In this document: positions 13,446 through 27,535 of the stretch, one piece after another
Position numbering within the stretch: position 1 is the first letter of the stretch
Layout: every line of letters begins with the position of its first letter
DNA from: Octopus vulgaris
Taxonomy: Eukaryota
Reading direction: 5' to 3'
NCBI GenBank assembly: GCA_951406725.2
Contig: OX597825.1
Location: 22,444,001-22,508,000, forward strand
Length of the DNA: 64,000 nucleotides
Notes under the pieces: generated by a model
What the model saw: only the letters and a program-made list of their open reading frames with translations
What the model was told of the DNA's origin: nothing
Database searches by the model: none
Translations under genes and position numbers: made by a program

Positions 13446-15051
13446 ATACATACATACACATACATACATACATACAAGCGCATCACCTGCCTGCTACTAA
13501 GCACTAACTGAACAGACCAATGAACAATGCCAGTTTAGTGATAACCATCCAATCTTTCTTTACAATAATACATACCACGAACTTCATTTATTTTTGTAGT
13601 CTAAACCTTGTTTTCATAATGATTTACATGCTTATCAAGCTGCTCTATGAAAACAGAAACCAATTCCATTGTTCAACATCTCTTTCCAAGGGCAAGAAGG
13701 ATTACAGTTTTTAAACTGACATGTCCTTGTATTGAAGATGGTAGGTATTGTGATTTAACGGTACAGTTTCTAGTTTACAGAGCATGATAGGTTCCACCTT
13801 AGACAAAAAGAAAAAGAGAGAAAAGACAAAAGTGCATTTACTGTTTTGATATGGTAGTATCTGGCTTTCAAAGCAAATACATTCGAAACCTTTCCAACTT
13901 ACCCCATCTCAGTTCTTAGTCTCATATATGACTATGTTCTCCAACTTTTGACTGTAGAGCTGTGACAGCTATTTCTAGTATGTGGACAACAATCACAAAA
14001 GTTCCCTTCGTGTCTAGCATAATTAGAATAGTGTCTCTCATTAGCCCCTCCTTTTGAGCCCGAAGCAAATCTCTGCAAGAGATTCGTCGTCAGGTTAACA
14101 GCAAAATTACCAATTATATAAACCATTCTATTCTATTCCTACCTTGTTCATCTGGTTAACGGCGTTTGCATTAATGTATATTATCCTTAGTGCGACTGTT
14201 ATTGAATTCTAGGATTTCTTTAACGCCTACCTTTATTCCTTCCATTCCTTTTTCCGATTCTATTCATGTCATTTCTTCAATTTATACAATCTACACTTCT
14301 TTATTGTTTTCGTCTTTGTTTTTTCTTTCAATAATGTATATTTGTTTTTTCAGTGAGTATACGGGTGCATGTAGGTGTGCGAATATGTGTGCGTGAGTGA
14401 AAGCGGCAGAACGAGTGAGTTAGAAAGACAAAGAGAGAAATAGAAAGTGTGTGCAAGAAAGAATGGGTTTGCGATTTATACTCTCGGGGCTTCTCATGTC
14501 ATACAGCTTATATGAAATATTGTGAAACCATATAAGAAACACTTATTAGACAATCTGCTTGCTACTTGTTAGCTATTTCAAACAATATTATTAAGTGTGA
14601 TCATTTTTCGCGCTAAAGAAAAAATAACTGCAATAGAATAAAACGTAAATGCATTATGTTTAAAGGTTTTCTTTCTATATTTTGCAAGTATAACACTTGA
14701 CGAGTACAAAAACAAAATGGAAATAACAACGGACACTATAAGGAGAAAGAGAAAACTCCTACAAATCAACGCCGACAACAAAAAAACATAAAGAAATATT
14801 TGTGCATAACAAATATAATGTATCTATGCAATATGGAGTTTATATGTTTTGATACAGACATTTGAATACATGCATTACATACACACACGTATGTGTGTGC
14901 TCGCGCGCACGTATATGTGTGAGTGTGTGTGTGCGCTTGTGTGTGTGCTCCTGTGAGTATGTCTGTGTATGTGTATATATATATGTGTGTGTGTGTATGT
15001 GTGTGTGAGTGTGTGCGTATTTTGTATATAGGTATGCATGCATGTATGTAT

Positions 15052-15265
15052 TCGAAGGGGTGCTGAAAAGTTCCTGGCTATTGGTAAAAGAATATTTAGG
15101 AGAATCAGTTAATTATGATTTTATTCAACATATTCCCTTCTCAGTTTCACACACTTTGTATAGCGGTCTATCAGTTGTTCTAAACCCTGTAAAAGAACTC
15201 GATTAGTTGGGCTCTATCTAGGCCTATCGCGACATCTTTAAAGTCAGGTTTTCAGCACTCCTTCG
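15052..15265. mobile_element. Mariner-type MITE
   Basis: TIR cgaaggggtgctgaaaa / ttttcagcactccttcg followed by TA. Confidence 0.7.
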
Positions 15266-15738
15266 TACGTGTGTGTATTTATTTACACACACACACAACA
15301 CTTATATATATACTTATATATATATATATATATGTATATATACACACCATATTAGATAATAAAATGAATGGTTAATACATGGTGTGTTACTGGCAGAATG
15401 ATCACTTTCTCTCAAATATATATACATACATACATACATACATACATACATACATACATACATACATACATACTGAATAATAGTTTAAGCTATCTTTTTA
15501 TTACTTTCAGACTGTGAACACGAAATTCTTCTTAAATGAACCATTTGCTTAAGTAATACATTGCATAGTCTTTTCTTGTAAATTTGTGAGCTAATTGATT
15601 TAATGATCAATACAAGTTACACATGAAACAAAAAAGAATGGTTCACCTGGTATTTCAAGTACTGCTTTAATATTTCTTATGTTGACTTAAGCGCAACACA
15701 GTTAGATTGTAAATTTCATTCCACAACTTCCAACTCAT

Positions 15739-16124
15739 TTTGGAAGCACTCCGTCGGTTGCGACGACGAGGGTTCCGGTTGATCCGATCAACGGAACAGC
15801 CTGCTCGTGAAATTAACGTGTAAGTGGCTGAGCACTCCACAGACACGTGTACTCTTAACGTAGTTCTCGGGGATATTCAGCGTGACACAGAGAGTGACAA
15901 GGCCGGCCCTTTGAAATACAGATACAACAGAAACAGGAAGTAAGAGTGAGAGAAAGTTGTGGTGAAAGAGTACAGCAGGGATCACCACCATCCCTGCCGG
16001 AGCCTCGTGGAGCTTTTAGGTGTTTTCGCTCAATAAACACTCACAACGCCCGGTCTGGGGATCGAAACCGCGATCCTACGACCGCGAATCCGCTGCCCTA
16101 ACCACTGGGCCATCGCGCCTCCAC
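15739..16124 (-). mobile_element. tRNA-derived SINE, full length (core A + tail 1)
   Basis: Reverse complement of 1391-1776 with few differences. TSD ttccaactcat at 15728-15738 and 16125-16135. Confidence 0.92.
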
Positions 16125-16815
16125 TTCCAACTCATCAGGCTGCTTAGGAAACAAGAGAACAATTTATTGTAGATTAATCAACAGATTATCAACAAATGAA
16201 ATTCTAATGGGAATATCAACATTTAAAATTCAAGGCGGGTAAGTCTCTGAGCCGTAAATTTAGAAAAGATTATAGCTTAATGTCATAAATATAAAAACCA
16301 ACGGCCTGTTGATAATACACACACAATCGCAAACACACTCACGCACACACTCACACACACACGCACACATACGTACATACATATATATTTAAAGAGGGAA
16401 AGAGAGAGACATAGACAGAAAAGCAGATAGACAGACAGACAGACAGACACATAGATATTTCACATTTGCATTGTGATGCAAGTATCCTGGCGTTAGATTT
16501 CATTATTCGTATGTTTCCGAACGAACCTTCTACTCGGTCTAGTAGAGAACAGTAATAAATATGAACTTCCATGTTTGAAGATCCGTTGAGGCTCTAGAGT
16601 GATACTCAAGTCCTCAAATATTTAGTGCATAGCATACTATAGCAGAAACAGATGTAAGGTAATGAAGTTTAAAACATACTCGTTTATTTACCTGTCATCC
16701 TAGTTTGTTATATATGCATACATACGTATCTATCTACCTATCTACCTATCTATCTATCTATCTATCTCTCTGTCTATCTAGCTGACTCTCTCTCTCTCTC
16801 TCTCTCTATCTATCC

Positions 16816-16912
<97 letters not shown>

Positions 16913-17917
16913 TATTTCTCACATTTTAGAGAAGCAAATGTTGAACGATATCAGAAATTCACTAACATCAGTATTTTGTATTTTGATAATGAATGTCGTG
17001 AAAGGTTGATTATAATTTTTGTATCTGTGTCTATTTGAACGTGTATGTAGAACACATTTCTATGTTCATGTGAGACACGGGGTTCCTATCATTGTGAAAA
17101 TCCGACAATTTCTAATTATTTGTTAACAAACAAGAACATGAGATATCTTTGTACGTGAATGACTTCAATTACATGCATCAGATTCGTTAAAAAAAACCTT
17201 TATTTAGTTTCAAAATATTCAGGTCAGCTACCGTTTTATTTTTCTATATTTTTCCAATGCAGATATGAATGTCCACTTAAATATGTGAATGTGCATTCAT
17301 TGTATGAAAATATAATAAAATAAAACGAAATTTAAAATGAAGACAGAAGAATCATTAAAAAATATAATAACTTCATTTCAACATAATCCTCACTAAAAGA
17401 TCAAACCAACAAAAAACTATATATCTTGATAATAGTGTTGATGAACTCAGTAATATTAAATATAGTCGACACTAGCAAAGCCGGAAAGTCTGATTCTTTG
17501 ATTAAAACACGCCACATACTTCAAAATATTCATATCATAATATCTAAAAGTCCAGATCAAAAAATCAGATGTTAAAAAAAAAATGAACGTTGTACAGATA
17601 TTTCCAATAATTTCACAGCATAAACATATATAAATATTCATACAAGCATATATTAATAAATGTATTTATTTATGTATCTATTTATTTAATATCCCTACTC
17701 TGTTTCATAAACATACGTATGCATATATGTGTAGATACATACATGCATATATAAATGTATACATGTGATACACAGATACACACATCGCTGGTATTTATAG
17801 AGTGTTAAACACTTTCGGTATGCAAATTAGGAACTCTGTCATAGCGTAACTGCTGCATTTGTTGAGTACATAAGAAGTTTGGCAGCTTGTTGCTATGGAG
17901 ACTGTCAAAATGGTGTA

Positions 17918-17964
17918 GACGTCTCTGATGAGAACCCAAGAAGGTTCGAAAATCGACTAAGGTC
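17918..17964 (+). ncRNA. Minimal type I hammerhead ribozyme motif
   Basis: gac(gt)ct-CTGATGA-gaacc caagaa ggttc-GAAA-atcgac-TA-aggtc. Canonical core and 5-bp stem II; stem III is one mismatch from the palindrome agtcgact. Confidence 0.65.
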
Positions 17965-18303
17965 CCTCATTATTTTTCTTTAGTCTACCTCTGACATGTG
18001 GCACCCGTTGCACCTGTACAGATAATGTCGATGTGATGGAGGGAGGGAGTTTATGTCTACCCAAACATTTTACCAATGTAAACCAATCATCTGTTTTGTT
18101 GACCGGTAAGGAATTTTCGAGCGCCCATACATCGTCTAACGATGGGAGGGGTAAGTATAATCTGAGAGAACAGCTGTTCATGAAGAAATGTAACGAGGAG
18201 AAATTGTGTAACTGGTTATATTCCAACAATGGCACTTTATATCTTCATTACAAACCAGCTCCTTGATCAGAGGAAGAACCTAAGACAAAAAAGAGAAGAG
18301 AAC

Positions 18304-18444
<141 letters not shown>

Positions 18445-18596
18445 ATATATATAGAATATGAAGGGTTTAGCTCACTCGTGATCTTATCTGAACGAACAGG
18501 CACCCTGAGTATGTGCTGTAATTGATCATCCTTTAGGTTCAGTTTTCACAGATGAGGCTTGAACTAGGGATCTGTATTAGGCGTCGCGTTAACATC

Positions 18597-19040
18597 TATA
18601 CATTAAAGGAAAAAAATAATAAAAACCAAAACAGGACGAGTAACTCAAGGCACTTATATTAATTTAATTAGGGTAAAGTGAATTTGAAGCCTTACAGCTG
18701 TTTCTGAGGGCTCCCAAGTGATAGACTAGCATGTCTATACACTGGCGATTTCATCTTCAGAGACAAGGTGAACTTGTATGAACCTTCTAAACAGGGATAT
18801 TCACAGCGCTTATAAGGAATAAAATAGAAGAATAAAGTGTAAAAGTAGATGGAATTTGCCTGTCCACAACTTTTATACATAATTTATCTCTGATGACGTA
18901 ATATTCAGTGTACTGACATTGTAGCCTATCCCAGAAACAGGTATAGGACTTCAAATTCAACTTAGCCTAATTAAATTATTGTAAATAACTTGAGATACTC
19001 GTCCTGCCTTGGTTTTTGTTGTCCTTTTCCTCTAATATAC
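18597..19040. mobile_element. Inverted-repeat element with ~110-bp arms carrying two outward-facing hammerhead motifs (Penelope-like)
   Basis: 18597-18707 is the imperfect reverse complement of 18931-19040; next to (TA)n. Confidence 0.7.
18689..18764 (-). ncRNA. Type I hammerhead ribozyme motif with long stem II
   Basis: Minus strand: gtct-CTGAAGA-tga..ccagtg(t)atagac atgcta gtctatcac(t)tgg..tca-GAAA-cagctg-TA-aggc. Palindromic stem III acagctgt and GUA cleavage triplet. Confidence 0.7.
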
Positions 19041-19083
<43 letters not shown>

Positions 19084-19191
19084 CCGCGGGCTGGTTTTCG
19101 GTTCTCTGTGCAAATAGCTTTAGTGATTGACGCAAATCAATCTACCCATCATATTGTCGATTATCCAGTTGGACACCTCCACCTTCCCCAA

Positions 19192-19222
<31 letters not shown>

Positions 19223-19800
19223 TATATGTATGTATGTATGTATGTGTGCGTGAGTGGTTGCGTGTGTGTGTTTGTGTGTCTGTGTAGTTGAGTATGTGTG
19301 CGTTTTGGCACTATTCAAGTAGGTTGGCTGATAAACACAATAATATAATTGGATTACCCATTATAAATAATTTCTAGTTTATCTTGATTATAATGCCACA
19401 TTAACATATAAATGAAATTTCTATTTCTTGAGGAATTTATAAAATAACAAAACAAGATTCTCAATTCGTCCTTATCACTTTTCTATATAACATTCAACGA
19501 GTTTTTAAGAATCAAATTTACTCAGTATTTCAATTTAATACATTCTTATCTAACCCAAAACAGACTCCGTTCTTTCGGTAGAGAAGATACTGCTTTATTT
19601 CAACATTTCTCTATTTCTGTACTTCATATCACGCCAGCCAGATACAATCCATAAATGTATGTTACTCAATGTGTGCCTATGTGCTCGCATGCACGTATGC
19701 CTACACACGCTTTTATATATCTCTGTAGTGCACAGATACACGCACACAAGCACTCACACACGCATACACACGCATGCATATAAGTACATAATATGTATAC

Positions 19801-19851
<51 letters not shown>

Positions 19852-19879
19852 TACGTACATATATCTATATGTAAAATCA

Positions 19880-19957
<78 letters not shown>

Positions 19958-19998
19958 CGTACATATATCTATATGTAATATCATTAATGCACGAAGTA

Positions 19999-20197
19999 TG
20001 TGAGGCGGATATATATCTATTTAACCATGTGACTTCCATTGGATTGAGGACATGTTTCAGCCCTCTTCACTTAGTATTAATTTCAGTATGGATCGCCGCA
20101 CAGTTCCACACGCTGAAATTAATATTACATAAGAAGTTTGCAAACGACCCTAATCTTATAGAAGTCACATGGTTAAATAAATACATATTCACCTCCT
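19999..20197. repeat. Degenerate palindrome with hammerhead remnant
   Basis: tatttaaccatgtgacttc / gaagtcacatggttaaata and tattaatttcag / ctgaaattaata arms. Minus strand gtgaagagggctgaaacatgtc at ~20049-20070. Confidence 0.65.
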
Positions 20198-20303
20198 CAC
20201 TTTATCGGTTTACATACGCTACATGAAATAATTTTATTAAACGGATCATCTTTATGTACGCATGTATCTATATATCTATCTATTTACCTATCTATCTATC
20301 TCT

Positions 20304-20356
<53 letters not shown>

Positions 20357-20439
20357 CACATTTACGTACATACTCATAAATATATGCATACATAAACACA
20401 CTCATATATGCCATAAATATACTTACACTCACACGTATG

Positions 20440-20477
<38 letters not shown>

Positions 20478-20984
20478 CAGAAATACAGACAGACAAATAC
20501 ATAGACAGACGGATACATACATATATCCATACATGCATGCATACATACATAGATACATACATACATACTTATTAGTAAGAAAAGCAACCGCAGTTAGAGT
20601 AAATATTATGTGTTGCATTGATATCGTTGGAATATAATTCTCTACTTTGTAGTATTGTAATAGATGTTCATTGCTTTATCCTCCAGTTATGCACAAATCT
20701 ATTATTTTACAATGTGATTTAAAGTTGGTAATAGTTTCGAAATATTTATGATTCAAATAAATATCAAGTTATGGACCAACGTTGTAAAATATTCTACACG
20801 AACGATATTTCGTTTGGTGCAACGAGAAACATTTTAATATTCTGGTATTTTCGTACGCTATGACGTAATCTACAAACGTTTTTGTACTTGCGCGCAGTTG
20901 TAAGCATTTTAATCTTTCTAGCATAGTATAGTTTGCTCTAAGACAACATCCATATTTAAATGAACATAAACATTGATTACGAAT

Positions 20985-21188
20985 TCTGGCACAAGGCCAG
21001 CAATTTTGGGAGCGGTGTAAGTCGATTATATCGACCCCAGTGTTCCACTGGTATTTATTTTATTGACCCCGAAAGGATAAAATGCAAAGTCGTCCTTTGT
21101 GGAGTCTGAACGCAGAACGTAAAGGCAGACGACATGCCGTTAAGTATTTTGCTCGTCGTGCTAACCATTCCGCCAGCTCGCCGCCTTG
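20985..21188 (-). mobile_element. SINE family M (alternative tail)
   Basis: aaggcggcgagctggcgg head and cctttcggggtcaataaa domain on the minus strand. Confidence 0.8.
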
Positions 21189-21307
21189 AAGTGGGAATAA
21201 ATGTTACCTTTCCGTATTAATATTGCCTTCATTGCTAATAAATATCTTTAACCAGCTCACTCGTTAATCGCGACATTCGTTAATCTCGATCCGGCGCTTT
21301 AATTCTA

Positions 21308-21846
21308 TTGGGTTGTCCGGAAAGTTAGTGCCGATTCACAGTAGCTTCCCTTTCGACTTATTTTATGACATGGTTGAGTCCATAGAATAGGATTTGACTG
21401 CACATCCATTTAGAGCACAGTTTAAGCTATCTTTTCGTGGAAGAAGATTTATGTTCCTATAACATGTGTTAATTCTGTAACCCTTTAAAATGGAAGAAAT
21501 GGAAAATAAGAAAGTTCATTTTCGACACTTGATGCTTTAGGAACCAGACAAAAATTGCTGCAGCTCAGCTGGGATGTGTTACCCCACCCTCCATATTCAC
21601 CAGATATTGCTCCTTCGGATTTTTACTTATTCAATTCTCTGCAGAATAGCCTTAATGGTAAAAATTTCAATTCCTTGGATGACGTAAAAATATACCCTGG
21701 TGAATTCTTTGCCATCAAACCACCTCAATTCTAGGAAGAGGGTATTTTCAAGTTAAAGGAAAGATGGGGATGCATTGTGCAACGGAATGGTTCATATTTG
21801 GTTGATTAAAAATGTAAAATCGGTACGAACTTTCCGGACAACCCAA
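21308..21846 (+). mobile_element. Internally deleted mariner element
   Basis: TIR ttgggttgtccggaaagtt..ccgatt / aatcggtacgaactttccggacaacccaa with TA on both sides. Encodes MENKKVHFRHLML joined to TRQKLLQLSWDVLPHPPYSPDIAPSDFYLF..KERWGCIVQRNGSYLVD (mariner YSPDLAP motif). Confidence 0.93.
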
Positions 21847-22344
21847 TATATATCGCTGGCGGAGGATGAATTGCTGCTTTCTGTAGTGGTAGAGGGTTCA
21901 TCATTGGCACTACCAAAGAAGGTCGAAATTACGTGATCTGGTGGTGTCGGTGCTGGAGGTGACAGGGATTTATCTCCCCGTTAGCGTCACAAACTGGAGT
22001 GCATTTGCACCAAAAGACAAAACCAGAACTCCTCTCCTGGTAACTACCGCAGTATAGTTTGTTCTAACAGAACAACCGCGTTTAAATGAGCATAAATATT
22101 TAATCTTATTATCTGCCGTCTATCGTCTGCATATTTACAAAACTACTTCTTTTCTAGAAATAATTCGATACTATTTGAAGTAATGTTTCCATGTAATCAT
22201 TGTGTGTGTGTGTTTATTTTATTTTTAGTCTGACTCAAAATATTTATCTGTAAAACCAAGTGGCAGTTAAAGCACTGAGATCGTTTAATCGACTAACGCT
22301 TTTCTCTCAAAACTGTTGGCCTTTCGCCCAAACTGGATATTCTA

Positions 22345-22740
22345 GGGCGGTGAATATATAGAATCGTTAGATCATCGGCTTAATGCATTCTGGTTTTGCT
22401 TCCGGCTCTTCACTTGCTAAGATCCAATCCTTCCGGCATTAGCTTTCTCTTTTATCCATTCGGAGTTGAAGAAAGTACCATTGAAGGACCGCGGGCGATA
22501 AAATTGACTAATTACCTTCATTCAAGATATATGGATTTGAGCTTAAATTGGAAAGGATTACAATTTTAAACTGCATTTTGTTACATTGCCTTACATTCTA
22601 AGCTCAATTACCGTCAAAGTAAACCCTGTCATTCATCCCTTTGGTTAAATAAAAAATAAAATGTATCAGTCATGAAATAGGACAGATCGATTTAGTTCCA
22701 TCTACCCTTGAAAACAACTGAAATTCTTCCTAGATTATAA
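22345..22740 (+). mobile_element. Highly degenerate family M SINE copies
   Basis: agggcggtga..gaatcgttag head, tttatccattcggagttga and tcattcatccctttgg remnants. Confidence 0.45.
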
Positions 22741-24251
22741 ATTTATAAATTTGTTTATTTTTCTCTTTATGTTTTCATTTATTTCGGTTTTTATCGTTCT
22801 AAGGGCTAAGAACATTGCTTTTAGATTTAGTATGTTTTTGGAGTCTTTTTTTATATTTTTATCATCGATTGACTCAAAATCCTCTAACGACAGGTTCTTC
22901 TGTGTATATATGCATGTATTTTTGTGTTTGTGTATGTGTGCATGTGTATATGTCTATATGTTTGGTCACGTAAAAGCATTTTTTCCAACCTTCCGGATGA
23001 ATGCATAACGCGATATATAACCTGTAACATAGAATACGGAAAATATGAAAAAAAAAAAACAAGAAGAAATTCACATACTGCATTTGTTTACTGTACGATT
23101 ATTTTTTATGAAATCTTATATATATTGTTTAGAATATCAATATTACAACGGAAAAAATAAAAAATATAACTGAAGAATTCCGGGTATTTTTAGATTGTAT
23201 TTTTTGTTTTCATACTGGAACTGTCTGATATAATGCCTGGCCTTAGTACATTCCATCGAGCATTGGTTACCGATTCATCCGTATTGGCATCATATAAGTG
23301 CTGCTCATTCATTCTGGATTATAGGATGCTTTGTTCAGAAATTCTTCCACATCGGTTTCAACTTACCACGCAGCTAGAATTTTTTTTTTTAAAAAAAAAG
23401 AACAAAACTTAAGAAAAAAATAATAGAAAAACAATACTTTGCCAAATTGGAAAACGATGGAAGCAATGAATCGTTTTGAAATGAATTTTCCTGAACTGGC
23501 CCAAAGCACACGAATGCATTAATATCCAAATTTAAGCAATTTGAATTCTTTTATGAAATACTGAAATAGAATACGGGCGGGAGGAAAAGAAAGAAATAAA
23601 ATAAATCGAGACAAGAAAAAATTAAAGTTATTGATCTACTGATTCAGATTCAGTCTTCCGAATATTTCCTTGGAGATGAGTCTAATATGAGAAATAAGTT
23701 TGGATTTTCGCCAGATTTGCACAGCTGTGTGAAGCTGCTTCTGCAGAGAAAAATATGATTGTTATTGTGAATGAGACAAGATATACATGCTGGAAAAATT
23801 TAAGTAGAGGAAAAATAATCGAAGAAAAAAAACAATAATTATATTTTCGTGTTTTTACACCAGCTTTAAAACAGAGACCATAAGTTTTGAATAAGTGGTA
23901 ATAGATCCAAGTGTATACATATATATATAAGTAAATACATTCATGTATGTATGTATTCAATCTAAACTGTCCGACGACCGGCAAAGTCTGGGTATCAGTT
24001 TATTATTGCATTCTTGTGATGTTTTTGCAGCTTTCATAATGATAGAGTGTATGTATATATATATATACACTTATTGTCCTCAGCCCATCTGGAAATTGTG
24101 TACATAAATAAATATAAACACACGCATACATACATACATACATACATGAATGCATACATATATACATATCGAGCTCTCCAACCATACAAACACACAAACA
24201 CACACACATATATATATACGTATACATATATACCTTGACATCCTTGTTACT

Positions 24252-24302
<51 letters not shown>

Positions 24303-24439
24303 TATATTTATAAATATTATATATATATGTATAAATATATATATATATATATATGTACATATATATATATATGTATGTATATATGTATATATATGCATTC
24401 ATTACGTCGATGTGCGTAAGTTCATGATATATATATATA

Positions 24440-24529
<90 letters not shown>

Positions 24530-24859
24530 GGTGATTGTGTGGTTGTGTGTTTGTGTAGAGTGTGTTCATCTTAGTGTTTGTTTACAGAAAACCGTTCGTC
24601 ATTCCGTGATGGTTTGTTTATGTTCCGCTATCTTAGAAGATCGGCTAAAAGAAAAATTTGGCAAGATAGGTATTATCTTGAACGCGAATAACTGAAAAGA
24701 ATACAAACAGCTTTCACTGTAATGAAATATGAGTTTGAAGATGAAATATATTTGCATTCCGTATTTTATAATATATAGATGAACGATGAGCATTGTGGTA
24801 GCAAAAAATGCCGCCTCTCCAAATTTACGCAAAATTTGATGACTACATATATACATACA

Positions 24860-25030
24860 ATAATCTTCCGCACAGTTTCCTTCTGCCAGTGTAGCAAATT
24901 ATTCCATAAGTTGTTGGATGATGCCGTGGTATAGTTGAAGACACTCGCCTTCGGTGCCGCTTCATTGGACTGGATCCGAAATTGCGTGCTTTCGAAGGGA
25001 ACATCTTAACCAAATAGCCGGGAGAGAGAA
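24860..25030 (-). mobile_element. Degenerate family K SINE head
   Basis: cagtttccttctgccagt..tatagttgaagacactcgcc resembles 43796-43845. Confidence 0.5.
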
Positions 25031-25559
25031 TTCCGTGCATATATACCGAGGTTCATAAGTTAAGTTATAAAAACTAAAGTATTCACAATATGTAAAGCAG
25101 AAAAATGTCTCGATGTATACTCTGTAAGAGCGTCAATGTTAATAAATCTTTAGACTTTCATTTCGGTACAAGTCAGTCATCACTAGCAATATCTTGGAAA
25201 TTACCACAGGTACCATGCTTCCACTGATTGTTTTAGGTATCAATATAGTCTAGGGCACAGAGAGACATCCTCTCTATTCCTTCCCAGCGGTGTATCCCGG
25301 ATGCGATAGCTAGGAGGTACTTGTTACAGCTAAGTTTTGGAGAAACATGAAATGCTTCGCATCATTCAATGATATTACGTGTATTTGATCCACGGATTGA
25401 ACGGATTTCCTTATTCCCTAAACCCTGGAACCACTATTCCATAAGTTTCCCACGTGTTGCCTTTTGTAGAAAAATGAATTAGGAGAGAGAGAGAGAGGGA
25501 GGAGGGTTAGCCATACTTGGGCAGTAAATATTGAACAGTAACTTGAAATCCACATCATG

Positions 25560-25890
25560 GTTAAGCAGTATTCCAACAGGAAGTTTAAAGAAATGATGAA
25601 AAAGCAATGATATTGGAACTTAGTCCTATTATATAACCAACTAAAGATATCTGCATTTATTGCGATTAAAATAATGCCTGAAGCTATAATGATTATAGGT
25701 AACCATGGGTCAGATATAGTTGTTAGAGAAGCGCCAATGCATGAAATAGCGATATTGATATTTCTTGGGGATTCCCTAATGGAGATCAGAGTACACTTTG
25801 AGAATTATGAGCATCACTAGCGATAAATTGCAATTGTTCGGATATTAAATTACATAACATATTGTTAATGCTAGGATATTTCAGAGAATT
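25560..25890 (+). pseudogene. Very degenerate LINE APE-endonuclease fragment
   Basis: Broken frames SANA*NSD..SWG (~SAWKNS..IGG) and HNILLMLGYF (~HNVL..GGDFN). Confidence 0.3.
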
Positions 25891-26050
25891 CCCTAATGAA
25901 TTCAACGGAAAGTTAGCAAAGATAACTTTAAAAAATGCAAATCAAATTGCTCATATTTGATATTGACTGGTTCGGAGTTAATACCCCATACATACAAGAT
26001 TCTCTCCACTTTAGGCACAAAGCCTTTAGCTCATCTCACAACCACTTGAT

Positions 26051-26643
26051 ACCTATTTCTTTACTACCCACAAGGGGTTAAACACAGAGAGGACAGACAA
26101 ATGGATTAAGTCGATTATATCGACCCCAGTGCGTAACTGGTACTTATTTAATCGACCCCGAAAGGATGAAAGGCAAAGTCGACCTCGGCGGAATTTGAAC
26201 TCAGAACGTAGCGGCGGACGAAATACCTATTTCTTTACTACCCCCAAGGGGCTAAACACAGAGAGGACAAACAAAGACAGAAAAACGGATTAAGTCGATT
26301 ATATCGACCCCAGTGCGTAACTGGTACTTATTTAATCGACTCCGAAAGGATGAAAGGCAAAGTTGACCTCGGCGGAATTTGAACTCAGAATGTAACGGCA
26401 GACGAAATGCCTATTTCTTTACTAACCCCAAGGGGCTAAACGCAGAGGTGACAAACAAGGACAGGCAAATGGATTAAGTCGATTATATCGACTCAGTGCG
26501 TAATTGGTACTTATTTAATCGACTCCGAAAGGATGAAAGGCAAAGTCGACCTCGGCGGAATTTGAACTCACAACGTAACACAGACGAAATACCGCTAAGC
26601 ATTTCGCCCGGCGTGCTAACGTTTCTGCCAGCTCGCCGCCTTA
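26051..26643 (-). mobile_element. SINE family M, one head + three tandem bodies
   Basis: tatttctttac marker at 26054, 26228 and 26412 (spacing 174 and 184); single head at ~26595-26643. Confidence 0.92.
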
Positions 26644-26786
26644 CACCCACCTCATACCCTCTTTGTTTCTTTGTCACTCTGATGTAACGATATTTTTCAC
26701 CTTCTTTCTCTCTATAAACACATTTAATAGTCTATTGCTGGGGTTTAAGGCAAAAATGTGGACTGTCTGTATTTTAAACTCTGATA

Positions 26787-26926
26787 TAAGGTTGTCCCAA
26801 AAGTTCGTAGAAAGTCTTGGAAAATAATGTCTTTATTTTGAGGAATAATTTTTGTTGTTTTTGTTAGTACTTGGCGAGTAAAAATTCAATTTTCGCAAGT
26901 GTTTACGAACTTTTGGGACAAACTAA
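26787..26926. mobile_element. Tc1/mariner-type MITE (140 bp)
   Basis: TIR taaggttgtcccaaaagttcgta / tacgaacttttgggacaaactaa with TA flanks. Confidence 0.8.
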
Positions 26927-27067
26927 TATTTAAACAAAAATCTAAAAAATTGAACTTCGAAAACTTAATTTTTTTTTGTTTTCATAATCTTACGATTTCC
27001 CTTGTGCAGAACAGAAATACACTAAAATTTTCTGAAAGTTCCAAATAATAAATATGAGTTATGACAA

Positions 27068-27220
27068 CCTCAGTGTTTGGTTAGTACTTAATTTATCGAC
27101 CCTGAAACAATGAAAAGCGAATTCGATCTTGGCGGAATTTTAACTTAAAACATAAATACGGAGGAAACGTCGCTAAACATTTAGTCCGGTGTGTTTACAA
27201 CTCTGTCAGCTCGCCGCTTT
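27068..27220 (-). mobile_element. Degenerate family M SINE
   Basis: gtacttaatttatcgaccc..ggcggaattt..cagctcgccgc. Confidence 0.7.
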
Positions 27221-27480
27221 ACTTTATAAATATGCGAAAGAGAAGAATTAGAATAGAAATTTAATTTACGAGCGTGTATATATGCATGGAATATATAAAA
27301 TATAGTTTGTATATTTACAGTTAATATTGGCTCGCTTAAAATAAACATCGTAAGAAAAGTCGAGAATTGAGATTCGAATTTATTAACTATACTATAACGT
27401 GTATATATACGTGGAGCTATTTACAATTACAATATGAAATATCCATGTATGTATACATGTATATTTATGTATATATGTAT

Positions 27481-27535
<55 letters not shown>

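Noticed and set aside
19790-19985. Local tandem duplication around (TA)n (also a 22-bp duplication at ~37477-37520)
   Set aside because: Ordinary slippage or possible assembly duplication, with no sign of function
21850-22080. GC-richer segment with a short S/P/T-rich minus-strand frame
   Set aside because: No splice signals or recognisable motif; it abuts a mariner insertion and is probably repeat-derived
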